Assembly (NCBI GenBank): GCA_964016885.1 | Contig: OZ024741.1 | Location: forward strand, 412,796,001 to 412,860,000 | From: Eledone cirrhosa | Lineage: Eukaryota | DNA: 64,000 bases | Direction of reading: 5' to 3' | In this document: positions 1-18,623 of the stretch, one piece after another | Layout: each line of letters starts with the position of its first letter | Position numbering within the stretch: the first letter of the stretch is position 1 | Made by a program: the position numbers and the translations under genes | Notes under the pieces: generated by a model | What the model saw: the letters and a program-made list of their open reading frames with translations, nothing else | Databases searched by the model: none | Told to the model about the DNA's origin: nothing

Positions 1-462
1 CCTTGGAGCGAAGACGGGAGAGATACGCAGTGATCTACATGTAGAAAATCCTGGAGGGACTAGCACCAAACTTTGGCATTGGGATCTGAACCAACCGTCG
101 AACAGGACGTCACTGTGTGGTGCCAAAGGTCCCGTCTTCCACATCTAGAATAAGGAGCAGGTATTGCAATAGCCTGGGATTCAAGGGCCCTCAACTCTTC
201 AACAGGCTGCCGAGGCATCTGCGAGACTTGCATGACGTGGAGGTGGATGTCTTTAAGAAACATCTCGACACCTTGTTATCCAGGATCCCGGATGAGCCCA
301 CAGCAAGACACGAGGGAAACCTAAGGGCAGCAGCAACAAACTCCCTCCTACACCAGTGGCCAACCTATACAGGCTGGAGATAAGATGTGTAGCAACAAGG
401 GCGGTGCCCCAGCATGGCCTCAGCCGGATGGCTGAAACAGGTAAAAGAGTAAAAGAGTAATA
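1..462 (+). mobile_element. 3' end of a CR1/L2-group LINE (ORF2 C-terminus, 3' UTR and tail)
   Basis: The frame from the window start reads LERRRERYAVIYM*KILEGLAPNFG. ORF 117-383 reads [34 protein letters not shown], typical of post-RT CR1/L2 C-termini. It ends ggtgccccagcatggcc..gctgaaacag(gtaaaaga)2 at a TA tract. Confidence 0.8.
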
Positions 463-486
463 TGTATATATATATATATATGTATG

Positions 487-517
<31 letters not shown>

Positions 518-540
518 GTATGTATATATATATATGTATG

Positions 541-571
<31 letters not shown>

Positions 572-607
572 GTATGTATATATATATATGTATGTATATA
601 TATATGT

Positions 608-684
608 ATCATCATCATCATCAGGTTTAGCGTCGTGTTCCACGGGCCCTTCAGTTGCATTTTCGATTTCATCCCTTTTTCTTT
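608..684 (-). mobile_element. very short 3' tail remnant of an RTE-like element or SINE
   Basis: (CAT)n followed by ggtttagcgtcgtgttccacg, similar to the RTE tails at 709 and 20548; TA on both sides. Confidence 0.45.
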
Positions 685-708
685 ATATATATATATATAT
701 ATATATAT

Positions 709-1342
709 CATCATCATCATCATCATCAACGTTTAACGTCCGTGTTCCACGCTTGCATGGGTTTGGACGGGGGTAGTCCCACTTGAAGCAAGAGTGATTG
801 TCTTGCTCGCATAGGACTGTCTGGCAGGTTTTCTACAGTTGGATGCCCTTCCTAACACCAACCACATTTACAGTGTGGGTCTGGGAGGTTTTTACCGTGT
901 TGCCTACACGGCCACATTACAGCGTGGACTGTGTGTTTTTTTGTCGTGACACTTACACGATCTCATTTGTTTCGGCCTGGATGGCGCGGCACCAACATAA
1001 CTTTACATAGAACGGGGTGGTGTGGATGGGGTGGGGGAGGTGGCGGGACGGGGTGTATTTTGTTAGAGATGCCTACTGGCAAGGCGGGTCTTCTCTGTTA
1101 CTGAGTACCGCCAAAGGTCTCGGTCCAGTGACATTGTCTTGGAGAGGTGTAAGTGTGTGAGGTCGGAGTTTATCAGCTCATCCCATGTTTTTCTAGGTCT
1201 GCCTATTCCGTGGCTACCGTCTATCTTTATTGCCCTGCACTTTGTTATACAGCTATCGACTTTCATGCGCATCACGTGTCCATACCAACGCAGCCTTCTC
1301 TCGAGTAAACAACATCTGATCCCTCTTATCTCTAATTTTTTC
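709..1342 (-). mobile_element. 5'-truncated RTE LINE (same family as 20548-24302)
   Basis: Near-identical to 20548-21210. Encodes [19 protein letters not shown] (RTE C-terminus) and has a (GAT)n tail in sense. Confidence 0.9.
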
Positions 1343-1348
1343 ATATAC

Positions 1349-1387
<39 letters not shown>

Positions 1388-1388
1388 C

Positions 1389-1473
<85 letters not shown>

Positions 1474-1494
1474 TATATACATATATATATACAC

Positions 1495-1569
<75 letters not shown>

Positions 1570-1572
1570 CAC

Positions 1573-1623
<51 letters not shown>

Positions 1624-1647
1624 TACACATATATATATATACACATA

Positions 1648-1681
<34 letters not shown>

Positions 1682-1754
1682 CATATATATATATACACAT
1701 ATATATATATATATATAAATATATGTATATATATATATATATACATATATATAC

Positions 1755-2119
<365 letters not shown>

Positions 2120-2191
2120 CATATATATATACATATATGTATATATACATATGTATATATACATATATATATATGTATATATACATATATA

Positions 2192-2243
<52 letters not shown>

Positions 2244-2258
2244 TATATGTATATATAC

Positions 2259-2319
<61 letters not shown>

Positions 2320-2422
2320 CATATATATATATGTATATATACATATATATATATGTATATATATATATGTATATATACATATATATATATGTATATATAT
2401 ACATATATATATGTATATATAC

Positions 2423-2662
<240 letters not shown>

Positions 2663-2924
2663 GTATATATACATATATATATATACATATATATATATGT
2701 ATATATATATACATATATATATGTATATATATACATATATATATATACATATATATGTATATATATATACATATATATATGTATATATATACATATATAT
2801 ATATACATATATATATGTATATATATACATATATATATACATATATATATACATATATATATATGTATATATATACATATATATATATACATATATATAT
2901 ATATGTATATATACATATATATAT

Positions 2925-3145
2925 TCTAGTCGATCGACTTTCGTCAAATCGGACCGAGGAAACTATGTTTCCGTTGGTCTTTCCAATTGCTAATATTATC
3001 TATCGGTCGCAACTCCAGGTAGAAGGAGCAACGTGAAATAAAGTGTCTTGCTCAAGGACATAACGCATCGCCTGGTTCAGGAATCGAACTCACAACCTCA
3101 CGATTGTGAATCCAATACTCTAACCACTCAGCCACACGCCTTCAC
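2925..3145 (-). mobile_element. tRNA-derived SINE
   Basis: Minus strand: gtgaaggcgtgTGGCTGAGTGGttagag (A box), gtGAGTTCGATTCCtg (B box), then tgtccttgagcaagacactt..gttgctcc, resembling V/Meta-type SINE central domains; TA on both sides. Confidence 0.8.
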
Positions 3146-3373
3146 ATACATATATATATATACATATATATATGTATATATACATATATATATATACATA
3201 TATATATATGTATATATACATATATATATATACATATACATATGTATATATACATATATATATATACATATATATATATGTATATATACATATATATATA
3301 TACATATATATATGTATATATACATATATATATATACATATATATATATGTATATATACATATATATATATAC

Positions 3374-3454
<81 letters not shown>

Positions 3455-3500
3455 TATATGTATATATATATGTATATATATATATATATGTATATATATA

Positions 3501-3567
<67 letters not shown>

Positions 3568-3586
3568 ATATATATGTATATATGTA

Positions 3587-3637
<51 letters not shown>

Positions 3638-3726
3638 GTATATATATATGTATATATATATACATATATATATATGTATATACATATATATATATATATA
3701 CATATATATATATGTATATACATATA

Positions 3727-3769
<43 letters not shown>

Positions 3770-3782
3770 GTATATATATATG

Positions 3783-3837
<55 letters not shown>

Positions 3838-3872
3838 GTATATATATATGTATATATATACATATATATATG

Positions 3873-4180
<308 letters not shown>

Positions 4181-4181
4181 C

Positions 4182-4738
<557 letters not shown>

Positions 4739-4747
4739 CATATATAC

Positions 4748-5065
<318 letters not shown>

Positions 5066-5096
5066 GTATATATATATATATATATATATACATATA

Positions 5097-5356
<260 letters not shown>

Positions 5357-5432
5357 TATATGTATATATATATATATATATATATACATATATATGTATA
5401 TATATATATATATATATATACATATATATATG

Positions 5433-5488
<56 letters not shown>

Positions 5489-5515
5489 TATATGTATATA
5501 TATATATATATATAC

Positions 5516-5555
<40 letters not shown>

Positions 5556-5631
5556 GTATATATATATATATATATTATACATATATATATGTATATATAT
5601 ATATGTATATATATATATACATATATATATG

Positions 5632-5821
<190 letters not shown>

Positions 5822-5861
5822 CATATATATATGTATAATATATATATATATATATATACAT

Positions 5862-7111
5862 AAATGACCTGCCAGTTAGATTGATCGCACCTTCAAAATC
5901 GGACCTGGGCAAATTAAGCAAAAACATTCTTGACAGGGTGATACTGCAAATTAAGAACTTGGATTGTGTATCTAACCTGAGCTTGTGGAAGGGAACTGGA
6001 GAGGTTGTTGAGTGGTTTAGGCAAATTAAATATGACAATAATAATAGGTTTATTCAACTTGATATAGCTAACTATTATTCTTCTATTACCCCTAGTCTAC
6101 TAAATAAGGCACTAAATTACGCATTCAAACATACGGACCTAACTAGCAAAGAAATGCATATTATATTATCGGCTAGGAAAACTTTGATAGAATTTGATGA
6201 CAAATTATGGACCAGGGCAGATAGAGATAGCAATTTTGACATAACTATGGATCATCCGACTCAGCTCAGGTAACTGACCTTGTGGGCTTATTTTTAATCA
6301 ATTCGCTACATAGGAAAATACCTGGTACTACCGGAGGTTTATATAGGGATGACATGCTTTTACTTATTAATAATAATAACCCTGAACTAAATAGAAAATG
6401 TAAACAAATTACAACATTTTTTAATTACTTTAACCTTAAAATAGAAATTGAGAACAACCATAGAATAGTCAATTTCCTAGATATAATATTAAATCTCAAC
6501 ACATGTCTCCACTATCCTTTTCACAAGTTGAATGAAAACTTAAACTATGTCAACTTTAACTCTAACCACCCCAGATCTGTCAAAAACACTATAGTAAACT
6601 CAGTCCAAAAACGTATCTCTAGGATCTCGTCGAATAGAAAGATTTTTGACGAAAAGGCCCAATACTATAATGATGCACTAGCTAGGGCAGGGTATGCTGA
6701 TAAGATTGTGTACATAGATAATGATAAACAAACTAAACAAAGTAACAACTTTTTTAATTACGGCAACAACATTAACAACTATAATAGAAAGCATTACAAT
6801 AATTCCAAAGGACAAAAAAGAAATAGAACTAGGAACATAATTTGGTTTGCCCCCCCTTTCTCACTAAACATTAAAACCCACATCGCTAAATTATTTTTCA
6901 AAGCTCTTGATAATCGCTTCCCTAGAACACATAGGTACCACTCAATCTTCAATAGGCATACAATTAAATTAACCTACTCATCCACCAAAAATTTAGCACA
7001 AAATATTAATAGAATAAATAATAGGAACTTAAAACCTACTGATAATAGCATAAATAATATACAAGTTAACAAATGTAACTGTAGAGATAGATCTAAATGT
7101 CCGTTAAATAA
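5862..7111 (+). mobile_element. 5'-truncated Penelope-like element, YRDD-type RT plus linker; runs into the assembly gap
   Basis: ORFs 5881-6273 and 6282-7111, with a frameshift near 6250: [49 protein letters not shown]. Confidence 0.88.
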
Positions 7112-7311
7112 NNNNNNNNNNNNNNNNNNNNNNNNNNNNNNNNNNNNNNNNNNNNNNNNNNNNNNNNNNNNNNNNNNNNNNNNNNNNNNNNNNNNNNNNN
7201 NNNNNNNNNNNNNNNNNNNNNNNNNNNNNNNNNNNNNNNNNNNNNNNNNNNNNNNNNNNNNNNNNNNNNNNNNNNNNNNNNNNNNNNNNNNNNNNNNNNN
7301 NNNNNNNNNNN
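7112..7311. other. assembly gap (200 N)
   Basis: Run of N. Confidence 0.99.
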
Positions 7312-8175
<864 letters not shown>

Positions 8176-8181
8176 AATATA

Positions 8182-8354
<173 letters not shown>

Positions 8355-8355
8355 G

Positions 8356-8437
<82 letters not shown>

Positions 8438-8481
8438 CATATATATATGTATATATATATATATATATACATATATATATG

Positions 8482-8569
<88 letters not shown>

Positions 8570-8591
8570 CATATATATATACATATATATG

Positions 8592-8670
<79 letters not shown>

Positions 8671-8674
<4 letters not shown>

Positions 8675-8998
8675 AAGTGAGTCCTTCATCAGTGACCCTC
8701 CAACCGTCCTCGGCATTTCATCGCTTTAAGGGCCATATGCCTCAGGTTGTTGCGAACAACGGCTAAAAAAAGTCGTTGGGACACGTAAATAAAGGGGGAC
8801 GCTAGAGTAACAACAAAAGGGTTTAAGCAACGGTAAGTTAGAATTACGGTAATTAAGAATATAAACTCTGTGAAATCGTGAACAAGAGACGAAAGACCAT
8901 CGAACCTGGTAGAAATGTGAGCAAGGAAAGAATTTCGCCCAAGTTTGACGGGGGGGGGGGGAAAAAAGAGAGAGAGAGAGAAAGAAAAAGGAGAGAAG

Positions 8999-9029
<31 letters not shown>

Positions 9030-9290
9030 GGATAAGGTGGTCTACGAATTCGGTAAACGCAAGTTTTGTGAAGTCGCAGACGAAAGAGAGAGAGAAAAAA
9101 ATTCCATACCAGCTCGGTCAAGACTGCGCGAGAAAAGAATTACACACAGGTCAAACTTGAAGGAGGAGGAGGAAAGAGGAGGAGGAGAGGTAGTGACAGA
9201 GAATGAGTGAGTGAAAGTTGAGGAGAGAGTAACAGAGAGGGAGACTGCTAGAAGTGGTAAAGATACAAGGAACGAAACAGACAGGCAGCA
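8671..9290. other. unclassified insertion between TA tracts (possible retroelement UTR fragment)
   Basis: Unique sequence with (GAA)n and (GA)n runs. The minus strand ends ..ctgatgaaggactc.. with no complete HHR; no coding similarity recognised. Confidence 0.3.
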
Positions 9291-9415
9291 TATATATATA
9301 TATACATATATATACATATATATACATATATATATACATATATATACATATATATATACATATATATACATATATATATACATATATATATACATATATA
9401 TACATATATATATAC

Positions 9416-9452
<37 letters not shown>

Positions 9453-9469
9453 TATACATATATATATAC

Positions 9470-9502
<33 letters not shown>

Positions 9503-9525
9503 CATATATATACATATATATATAC

Positions 9526-9578
<53 letters not shown>

Positions 9579-9601
9579 CATATATACACATATATATATA
9601 C

Positions 9602-9658
<57 letters not shown>

Positions 9659-9698
9659 CATATATATACACATATATATATATATATATACATATATA

Positions 9699-10307
9699 TG
9701 GTGGCTGCCAACTCGTTTTCGAGTACGGCCACTACTTTATATCCATGTAGGAGAACCCCTACCAATGCGCTGAACGAGTGTGACTTTTTAGTCCAGCCAG
9801 CGACTTGAAAACTCTGGTACAAACACTACACTTGTGACAATTATTGACACATAGTGCTGGGCCCATGGTACCATGTGACGACAAGTGCAGAGAGATCTCC
9901 AGATATAAAGCAATGCCTGTGCCGTGAAGCTTTTATAGTGAGCAAAGGCACTGCACAAAGCCAGTCCCACTCTCTTAACCAAGATGATATTTACCAAAAA
10001 GAAGAACAAGTCAACATCATTGGATACCATCAGAGTTGCAGGTGTTATATCAGAGTTTTCCTTCTCCTAGAATTCTGCCTTGACAAAGGCTAAGGGGTCA
10101 TCTCTCCCGGTGATTTTGGATGGCCATTGACTCTTAAGAGCTCCTTTGCCCTTTGACAGGTTTTGTTTTTAGTCCTGCAGGATGTCCAAAGTCACCCTCC
10201 TCACCAAGAAACCTTGGTGGGGTTGCCAGTTTAGTCGCCAACGACCCGACCATGAGACAGGTTGTACTGGGATACATGTTACCAGTAGCACCAACTAGTG
10301 ACCTGAC
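9699..10307 (-). mobile_element. bipartite RTE-derived non-autonomous element, copy 1
   Basis: The 5' part has RTE-5'UTR-like motifs (ggcgactaaactggcaacc, ggagaaggaaaactctga). The 3' part encodes an RTE-type terminal C2H2 finger [22 protein letters not shown] and ends gagttggcagccacc+(AT)n. Repeated at 42927 and 45391. Confidence 0.72.
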
Positions 10308-10449
10308 ATATATATACATATATATACATATATATACATATATATATACATATATATACATATATACATATATATATACATATATATACATATATATATA
10401 CATATATATACATATATATACATATATATATACATATATATATATATAC

Positions 10450-10482
<33 letters not shown>

Positions 10483-10509
10483 CATATATATACATATATA
10501 TATACATGT

Positions 10510-10546
<37 letters not shown>

Positions 10547-10639
10547 TATACATATATATATATACATATATATACATATATATATATATACATATATATA
10601 CATATATATATATACATATATATATATATACATATATAT

Positions 10640-10674
<35 letters not shown>

Positions 10675-10859
10675 CATATATATATACATATATATACATA
10701 TATATACATATATATATATATACATATATATACATATATATATACATATATATATATACATATATATATATACATATATATACATATATATATACATATA
10801 TATACATATATATATACATATATATACATATATATATACATATATATACATATATATAC

Positions 10860-11037
<178 letters not shown>

Positions 11038-11044
11038 GTATATA

Positions 11045-11171
<127 letters not shown>

Positions 11172-11189
11172 ATATATATACATATGTAC

Positions 11190-11242
<53 letters not shown>

Positions 11243-11313
11243 TATACATATATATACATATATATATACATATATATACATATATATATACATATATATA
11301 CATATATATATAC

Positions 11314-11382
<69 letters not shown>

Positions 11383-11387
11383 TACAC

Positions 11388-11448
<61 letters not shown>

Positions 11449-11523
11449 CATATATATACACATATATATATATATATATACATATATATACATATATATA
11501 TACATATATATACATATATATAC

Positions 11524-11554
<31 letters not shown>

Positions 11555-11687
11555 CATATATATATACATATATATACATATATATATACATATATATATA
11601 TATATACATATATATACATATATATATATATATACATATATATACATATATATATATATATATACATATATATACATATATATATAC

Positions 11688-11744
<57 letters not shown>

Positions 11745-11745
11745 C

Positions 11746-11776
<31 letters not shown>

Positions 11777-11805
11777 CATATATATATACATATATATATA
11801 TATAC

Positions 11806-11860
<55 letters not shown>

Positions 11861-11939
11861 CATATATATACATATATATACATATATATATACATATATA
11901 TATATATATACATATATATACATATATATATATATATAC

Positions 11940-11970
<31 letters not shown>

Positions 11971-11993
11971 CATATATATACATATATATATAC

Positions 11994-12088
<95 letters not shown>

Positions 12089-12189
12089 TATACATATATA
12101 TATACATATATATACATATATATATATATACATATACACATATATATATACATATATATACATATATATATATATACATATATATATAC

Positions 12190-12236
<47 letters not shown>

Positions 12237-12237
12237 C

Positions 12238-12306
<69 letters not shown>

Positions 12307-12356
12307 TCTATATATATATGTATATATATGTATATATATATATATGTATATATATG

Positions 12357-12429
<73 letters not shown>

Positions 12430-12442
12430 GTATATATATATG

Positions 12443-12513
<71 letters not shown>

Positions 12514-12522
12514 GTATATATG

Positions 12523-12588
<66 letters not shown>

Positions 12589-12693
12589 TACATATATATA
12601 TATATATAACTTTGAATAACTTTGAAATGTTTTGGCCAGTATTGGCCCAGGCCATGTCTAACTTAATAGCACCACCTGGCGAAGTCTTTCAAT

Positions 12694-15600
12694 TCAGGAT
12701 TTGGGCACCATGGCCCATTCGAGAAGAGAATTACTGTTTGCGGAGACATATCCGGGTGTGGGTGTTTTGTCCGGGATTACTTGGAGGAATTTGTCCAAAG
12801 ACTTCTTGAATTTTGTGTGGTCAGTTTCTGTTTTGACGTGTCCTGGTGTAATGTTGAAGAGAGCAGGGCCGATTGAGGTGAAATAATTGTGCCGTATTGT
12901 TGTTATGAGTTGCGATTTAGATTTTTGAATGGGACGGATAGCACGGGGCCCAAGCCTTGGGTGTATCTTGAAGGCGATGCCAACATCATTTGGGCAGTGA
13001 TGATGGAACATTTTCCACATCATGGAGATAATATAACGCTCACGGCGACGTTGGAGTGAGTAAAGTTTCAGGTTTTCTAATCGACCCCAGTAGTCAAGGT
13101 CTGACATGCCATCTATCTTTTTCGTGATTGCCCTTTGAGGAGCTTCAAGTTTCATGATACTTTGTTTCGTGTGGGGAGACCACAGTGGACAACAGTATTC
13201 AAGGTGTGGTCGGGCGAAAGTAGAGAAGAGAAGGATAATGGTGCGAGAATCTCTCGACTGGAAGGTTCTGAGGATCCAGGAACACATTCTGCGGGCCATG
13301 TCAACTTTGCTGCTTATATGCGTGGTCCAGCTTATGTTGCTGTCCACGGTTACTCCCAAGTCTCTGATGTTGTTAGATGCCACGAGAGTTTCCCCGGAGG
13401 GAAGGGAGTACGGGAGTTTCAGAGCATCCTCTTTTCCAAAGTGGATCAGTTCGAATTTGTCTTCGTTCAGTAACATGTTGTTCTTTTCTGCCCATTGGGT
13501 AACAGCCAGTAGGTCTGACTGAAGGCTTATCCGGTCATCCACGCCATTGATGACCTTTTGGAACTTGGAATCATCAGCGAAAATTTTAATGTTGCTGTGT
13601 TTGATGATGTCAGTGATGTCATTAATATAGATGATGAAGAGAAGTGGGCCCAACACAGTGCCTTGTGGGACTCCACTACTGACTTTGGCTGGGCTTGATT
13701 TGACTCCCTCAACTACAACATGTTGGGTTCTGTTTGACAGGAAGCTCTTGATCCACTGCAGCAGCTTTCCAGTGACACCAATATTGGACAGCTTTCTCAG
13801 TAGAATGTTATGATCAACCCTGTCAAAGGCCTTGCTGAAATCAAGGTAGATAACATCAGTGTTGGAACCCTCTCCCAAGGCTCTCAAAATGTCATCAAAG
13901 TGATGCAGTAGCTGCGTCAGGCAATCCCTTCCATTACGGAATCCATGCTGGTTGGAGTTCAGCATATTGTTACTCTCAAGGAAGTGGGTCATTCGCGATC
14001 TCACCACTCGCTCAAATACCTTAATGATATGAGAGGTGAATGAGATTGGACGGTAATTCACGGCAAGGGATTTGTTTCCCTTTTTGAAAACTGGGACAAC
14101 AGACTGGGATAGAAGGTTTTCTGGCACATATCCAGCATCCAGTGAGTTCCGCCACAGATTGGCAAGAGGAGATGCAAGTTGGTGTTGACACGCCTTCAAG
14201 ACACAAGCAGGGAACCTATCGGGACCTACTGCTGAATTATGCTTGATTTCCTTTATTGCCGCCAAGACATCAGGGGCGCCAAACGTTATGTCCGATAAGG
14301 TGTAATGGGGAGTAACATCGCCGATACAGCCCAGATCGGCCATATCAGGATTGCTGAAAACAGAGCAGTATTGTTTCTGCAGTATCTCACCCATGGTTTT
14401 AGCATTGTCTTGAAGAGTGCCATTTTCATCAATTAGAGGGCCAACAGTAGAGCCAGTGATTTTGTGTTTTTTTGCAAATGAAAAGAACACTTTGGGATTG
14501 AGTTTGATCTTCTCAATGGCCCAGGCCTCTTCAGCTCTTCTCTGATTGTTGATGAGGGACATTATGTTGTTTTGGAGGTTATGTTTTTTAATCTCTAGTG
14601 ATGAAATGGCAGTCAAGTTGATGTGTTGCTGCTGACAGTATTTCAGCTTGTTGATTTTTTTGTTCGTTCTCTTAATTTTTCTGATGAGCGTTTTTCTATT
14701 TCTAGGGATTCTGCTCTTAGATTTGTTTATAGTTCTTAATGGGGTGTTTAGCACATATGTTTGTAACAGTGTCCACAAATGTCTGCCAGGACTTTTTGAT
14801 GTTAGTGGGTGTATGAGTGTGCGTGAAGGACCAGTCGACATGTGCAAGATCATGACTGATCGCTTCCCAGCTTGCATTGTGGAAATCCATAGCGTCAAAC
14901 GGATGGACAGGAGAGATGACATTGGGTTTGTATATTGGACGTCGGAATCTCAGATCACAGAGAACCATGTCATGATCAGAGAGTAGAGTTTTCTCCACTG
15001 CAATATTGTGGATATTGTCAGTGTGATTGCTGAAAATTAAGTCTAGGACGTTTTTGTGGCACCTCGTTGGTTCGAGCACCAGTTGGGATAGGAAGAAATC
15101 ATCCATGAAGTCAAGAAGCGATTCCACAGCTTCCCTGTCAGAGGTTGAGGCAGAAGAACCTGGTGGCAGGCTGTTTGTGGACCAGTCAACTCCGGGGAGG
15201 TTGAAGTCCCCCATCATTAAGATGTTGTCAGGGTGACACTCTTGGATGAAACACTTTATGCTGTTGAGGCATTCCTTGAAGCATGGTACAGGCGTTTGGG
15301 GTGGCCTATAGAGCCCAACTACTAATAGGTTGTTGGTTTGACTGAATACAGTGACTGCTTCACAGTATCCATTAGTGAATATGTTCATAGCCTCTGTTGA
15401 GAAAGAATTATGGACATAAATGGCAGTTCCGCCCTTTCTTCTGCCAGCGCGATCAGCACGGATGGCTTTGAAATTTTTCACTTTCACCTCGGCTTCCAAG
15501 TGGAGGTTACTGAGATGGGTTTCAGTGAGGACGAAGAAAGGGATGTGGTTTGGATGGACATCAATCCAGTCCTCCAGGAATTTGATCTTCCATTTTTGAG

Positions 15601-15712
15601 TATTGGTGGAAGGGCTGATGCCTTGGGCGTTAAGCAAAAATGTAGAGGCGAGAGTGGATGGTTTTAATTGTTTTGGTGTGTTGTTAATTTGTTTGTTTGT
15701 TAATGGCAGCAA
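12694..15712 (-). pseudogene. LINE ORF2 (APE endonuclease plus reverse transcriptase), frameshift near 14740
   Basis: APE: LTETHL, GGTAIYV, YRPP, MGDFN, LDLIF, SDH. RT: YRPIS, QHGFR, YLDFSKAFD, GVPQGTVLGP, FADD. Confidence 0.9.
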
Positions 15713-16758
15713 TGGGAGTTTGTGCAGTGGGGTGATAGTGGAGGGTGGTGCTGGGTGATAGCTCGAATGTTTTTTTCCAGTTCTTTTGCCAGATTCATTA
15801 TGGCTAAAAAAGAGGAAGAAGTTTCCTGTTTAGAAGACTGTTGGTGACTGTGGTAGTGGTTATTTTTATGTAGGTTATGGTTTTTGTTTTTGCTTTTATT
15901 TTTAATTTTATTTTCATTTGTCCGACGGGTCCCCGGGAGATGGGTAAAGGGACAATCCCGGTCTAAACACAATCTGTCTCGCAGGGAAAAACGGCAGATT
16001 TGTGGATTCCTTGTTTGAGTTATTGGTGGTTGTGTTGGTGTTAAATTAGAGTATGTATTATGGTGGTGGCTGTTTGTGGGGATAGATCGTTTTGTCCTAG
16101 GTAAATGGGTGAATTTGCAGCCACTATCCGTACATATTCTATAGCGTAGAGAGTAGCGGCAAATGATGGGGTTTCGAGTGGGTGGGTATGTGGGTGTGTG
16201 TGTTGTGAGAGGTGTAGATGATGGTTTGGGTAGGATTTGACGACCTTTGTGGACTGTGGGAGGGAGAGTTCTTGTACTGGTATTAGAAGGTAAATTCCTT
16301 GACATAGCAGTAGACAAAAATGTTGTAGTAGTAGTAGTAGTAGTAGTAGGCAGAGATGTTGGCAGAGATGTTGGCAGTGGTGATGATTGGACTGCTGGGC
16401 CAGAGAAAGGATGTGGCGTTTCATGCTGTGAGACAGAGGCTACTGGGGGGTCAATAGTTTCATTTAGTAGATCGGCCATTGTTGATGAATCAAGGAGTGG
16501 TTCACACTGTTGTTGTCGTTGTTGTTGTTGTTGTTGCTGCTGTTGTTGATGTTGTTGTTGTAGCTGTTGTTGCTGTTGTAGCTGCTGTTGTTGTTGTTGC
16601 TGCTGCTGGACAGCATTCGAAGAGAAAACACACCGTAGTTTATCCAAATGTTTATTGATTAATTTAAAAGCAATTTCGATTTGCTTTAATTTATTTTGAA
16701 TCTGTTGTTCAGATCGAGTTTTCAAAAATTGAACTGTACGTTTAGCAATGTCGTTCAA
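15700..16758 (-). CDS. LINE ORF1 with polyQ, polyT and two CCCH zinc fingers
   Basis: CRYSLRYRICTDSGCKFTH and CRFSLRDRLCLDRDCPFTH (C-x8-C-x4-C-x3-H). The track start is TTG; the real ATG may be near 16864 with indels. Confidence 0.7.
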   Translation of the reverse strand: MNDIAKRTVQFLKTRSEQQIQNKLKQIEIAFKLINKHLDKLRCVFSSNAVQQQQQQQQQLQQQQQLQQQHQQQQQQQQQQRQQQCEPLLDSSTMADLLNETIDPPVASVSQHETPHPFSGPAVQSSPLPTSLPTSLPTTTTTTTTTFLSTAMSRNLPSNTSTRTLPPTVHKGRQILPKPSSTPLTTHTPTYPPTRNPIICRYSLRYRICTDSGCKFTHLPRTKRSIPTNSHHHNTYSNLTPTQPPITQTRNPQICRFSLRDRLCLDRDCPFTHLPGTRRTNENKIKNKSKNKNHNLHKNNHYHSHQQSSKQETSSSFLAIMNLAKELEKNIRAITQHHPPLSPHCTNSHCCH

Positions 16759-17079
16759 AGATGAAGCATCTATATCTTACTGTTTGGGAAAGGCAATACC
16801 ATGTGTTTATTGGAATGTCGATTCATTATCAGACCTTTTCTGTTGATTTTTGCTGGTTAGCCATTCTAGTTTTGAGTGTGTGTGTGTTTTAGTAAGTATT
16901 TCAATATATATATATTTTTTTTTAAAATTTATTTTTGATTTATTTTAGTTTTTTGTTTTTCTATTTTTCTTGTTTGTGAGTGAGAAGAGTATATATATAA
17001 ATATGAGTATATATATATTATATATATGTATATTCTGGTTATTTGAAATTAATTAAGTTAATGAAAAGACGAAAGTATA

Positions 17080-17137
17080 TAATAATAATTTGTAGTTAAA
17101 TAATAATTTGTAGTTAATAATAATAATTTGTAGTTAA
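17080..17137. repeat. about 18-19 bp unit x3 (aataataatttgtagtta) in the LINE 5' region
   Basis: Directly visible. Confidence 0.8.
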
Positions 17138-17243
17138 AGGAAAATGTACTCACAAGTACAATATATTATATATATTTATATATATATATATATATATATA
17201 GATATATATATGTATATATATATATATATATGTATATATATAG

Positions 17244-17359
<116 letters not shown>

Positions 17360-17377
17360 AGTATATTGTATATGTAG

Positions 17378-17474
<97 letters not shown>

Positions 17475-17493
17475 GATATTTAATAGATATATG

Positions 17494-17589
<96 letters not shown>

Positions 17590-17600
17590 GTATATATATG

Positions 17601-17685
<85 letters not shown>

Positions 17686-17687
17686 TA

Positions 17688-17730
<43 letters not shown>

Positions 17731-17733
17731 TAC

Positions 17734-17786
<53 letters not shown>

Positions 17787-17818
17787 TACATATATATACA
17801 TATATACATATATATAAT

Positions 17819-17914
<96 letters not shown>

Positions 17915-17919
17915 CATAT

Positions 17920-17971
<52 letters not shown>

Positions 17972-17991
17972 CATACATATATATATATATA

Positions 17992-18093
<102 letters not shown>

Positions 18094-18094
18094 G

Positions 18095-18130
<36 letters not shown>

Positions 18131-18135
18131 ATATA

Positions 18136-18210
<75 letters not shown>

Positions 18211-18235
18211 ATATATTATATATATATATATATAG

Positions 18236-18388
<153 letters not shown>

Positions 18389-18481
18389 CATATATATATA
18401 CATATATATATACATATATATACATATATATATACATATATATACATATATATATATACATATATATTCATATATATATAC

Positions 18482-18535
<54 letters not shown>

Positions 18536-18567
18536 TTATATATACATATATATACATATATATATAC

Positions 18568-18610
<43 letters not shown>

Positions 18611-18623
18611 TATACATATATAT

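Larger units (their letters stand above)
12607..17160 (-). mobile_element. near full-length CR1/L2-group LINE (ORF1 plus APE-RT ORF2)
   Basis: ORF1 15700-16758, APE 14717-15712, RT 12694-14922; tail (ttcaaagtta)2 running into TA; 5' boundary approximate. Confidence 0.9.

Noticed and set aside
3060-3145. Functional tRNA gene
   Set aside because: A and B boxes are present but there is no clean acceptor stem, and it continues into a SINE body.
10200-10307. HDV-like ribozyme at the 5' end of the RTE-derived element
   Set aside because: Partial pairings exist (gtcaggt/acctgtc, gta/tac, a ctaa motif), but I could not build P1.1 and P2 consistently; needs a descriptor search.
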